Source: Mizuhopecten yessoensis (taxonomy: Eukaryota). From it: DNA of 64,000 nucleotides. Below are positions 63,726 through 64,000 of this stretch, piece after piece. The stretch is taken from positions 656,226-720,225 of the forward strand of contig NW_018407979.1 of assembly GCF_002113885.1 (NCBI RefSeq). Reading direction: 5' to 3'. The translations under genes were made by a program, and so were the position numbers. A model generated the notes under the pieces. That model ran no database searches, was not told the DNA's origin, and saw only the letters and a list, made by a program, of their open reading frames with translations. The number at the start of each line of letters is the position of its first letter. Position 1 is the first letter of the stretch.

Positions 63726-64000
63726 GTATTGCATAATTGAGGCATAATTGAGGCATAATTGAGGCAAAAGGTCTCAGTTTCTGTTTCTTCTGCAATTGTT
63801 CATGATTGCAGCCTACCTGTATTGCAACTCTGTTTTGTATTTCACATAGAAAGGCACAGCATGAATCTTAGCAAAGAAAAAGGCTCTGACCCCGGATAAG
63901 GTAAATCTATGGATTTTAATAGCCTGGTCCTTTTCAACTGGGAACTCAAGTGGCTCATGGCAATGGGTCGAACTCTCTTCTAGACGTTCAAATGTTTCGA

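Noticed and set aside
63730-63775. 13-bp tandem repeat (gcataattgaggc), 3 copies, right after the last xylanase donor
   Set aside because: A trivial intronic microsatellite, mentioned only because it abuts the splice site.

Overview
Intron-rich, AT-rich eukaryotic genomic DNA, most likely from a lophotrochozoan invertebrate (the gene content and a GH10 xylanase suggest a mollusc; this is not proven). There is no prokaryotic operon or defence system here. Three multi-exon protein-coding genes can be reconstructed from the sequence.

1. Argininosuccinate lyase (ASL), + strand. At least 15 coding exons from about 7687 to 19335, and every exon aligns to canonical ASL.
2. GH18 chitinase, - strand. 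At least 6 exons from 35061 down to 29134. The catalytic DGLDIDWE motif is intact. There is no chitin-binding domain; the C-terminus is Ser/Thr-rich and ends in a hydrophobic tail.
3. GH10 endo-1,4-beta-xylanase, + strand. Exons from 47211 to at least 63725, and the gene probably continues past the window end. An N-terminal CBM4/9/22-type carbohydrate-binding module sits in front of the catalytic domain. This enzyme type is rare in animals.

Several non-coding elements sit inside the xylanase introns. Intron 1 carries an antisense tandem array of five tRNA-Ser genes; one copy has a CGA anticodon instead of UGA and one is degenerate. Intron 5 carries a 4.4-kb minisatellite of about 165 copies of a 27-bp unit with higher-order repeats.

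Other elements in the window: a decayed 5'-truncated LINE (42.3-45.4 kb), two palindromic MITE families spread through the introns, a SINE-like repeat pair, and a lone RING-like ORF that is probably a pseudogene. One ASL intron contains a tandem array of pseudo-acceptor/exon-start copies, and another holds a partial exon duplication. There are also a G32 homopolymer and numerous local tandem repeats.

The long ORFs in the track at 12.4-13.8 kb and 52.6-56.9 kb are repeat-translation artefacts. All coordinates were read by eye and are approximate to within about 3 nt.
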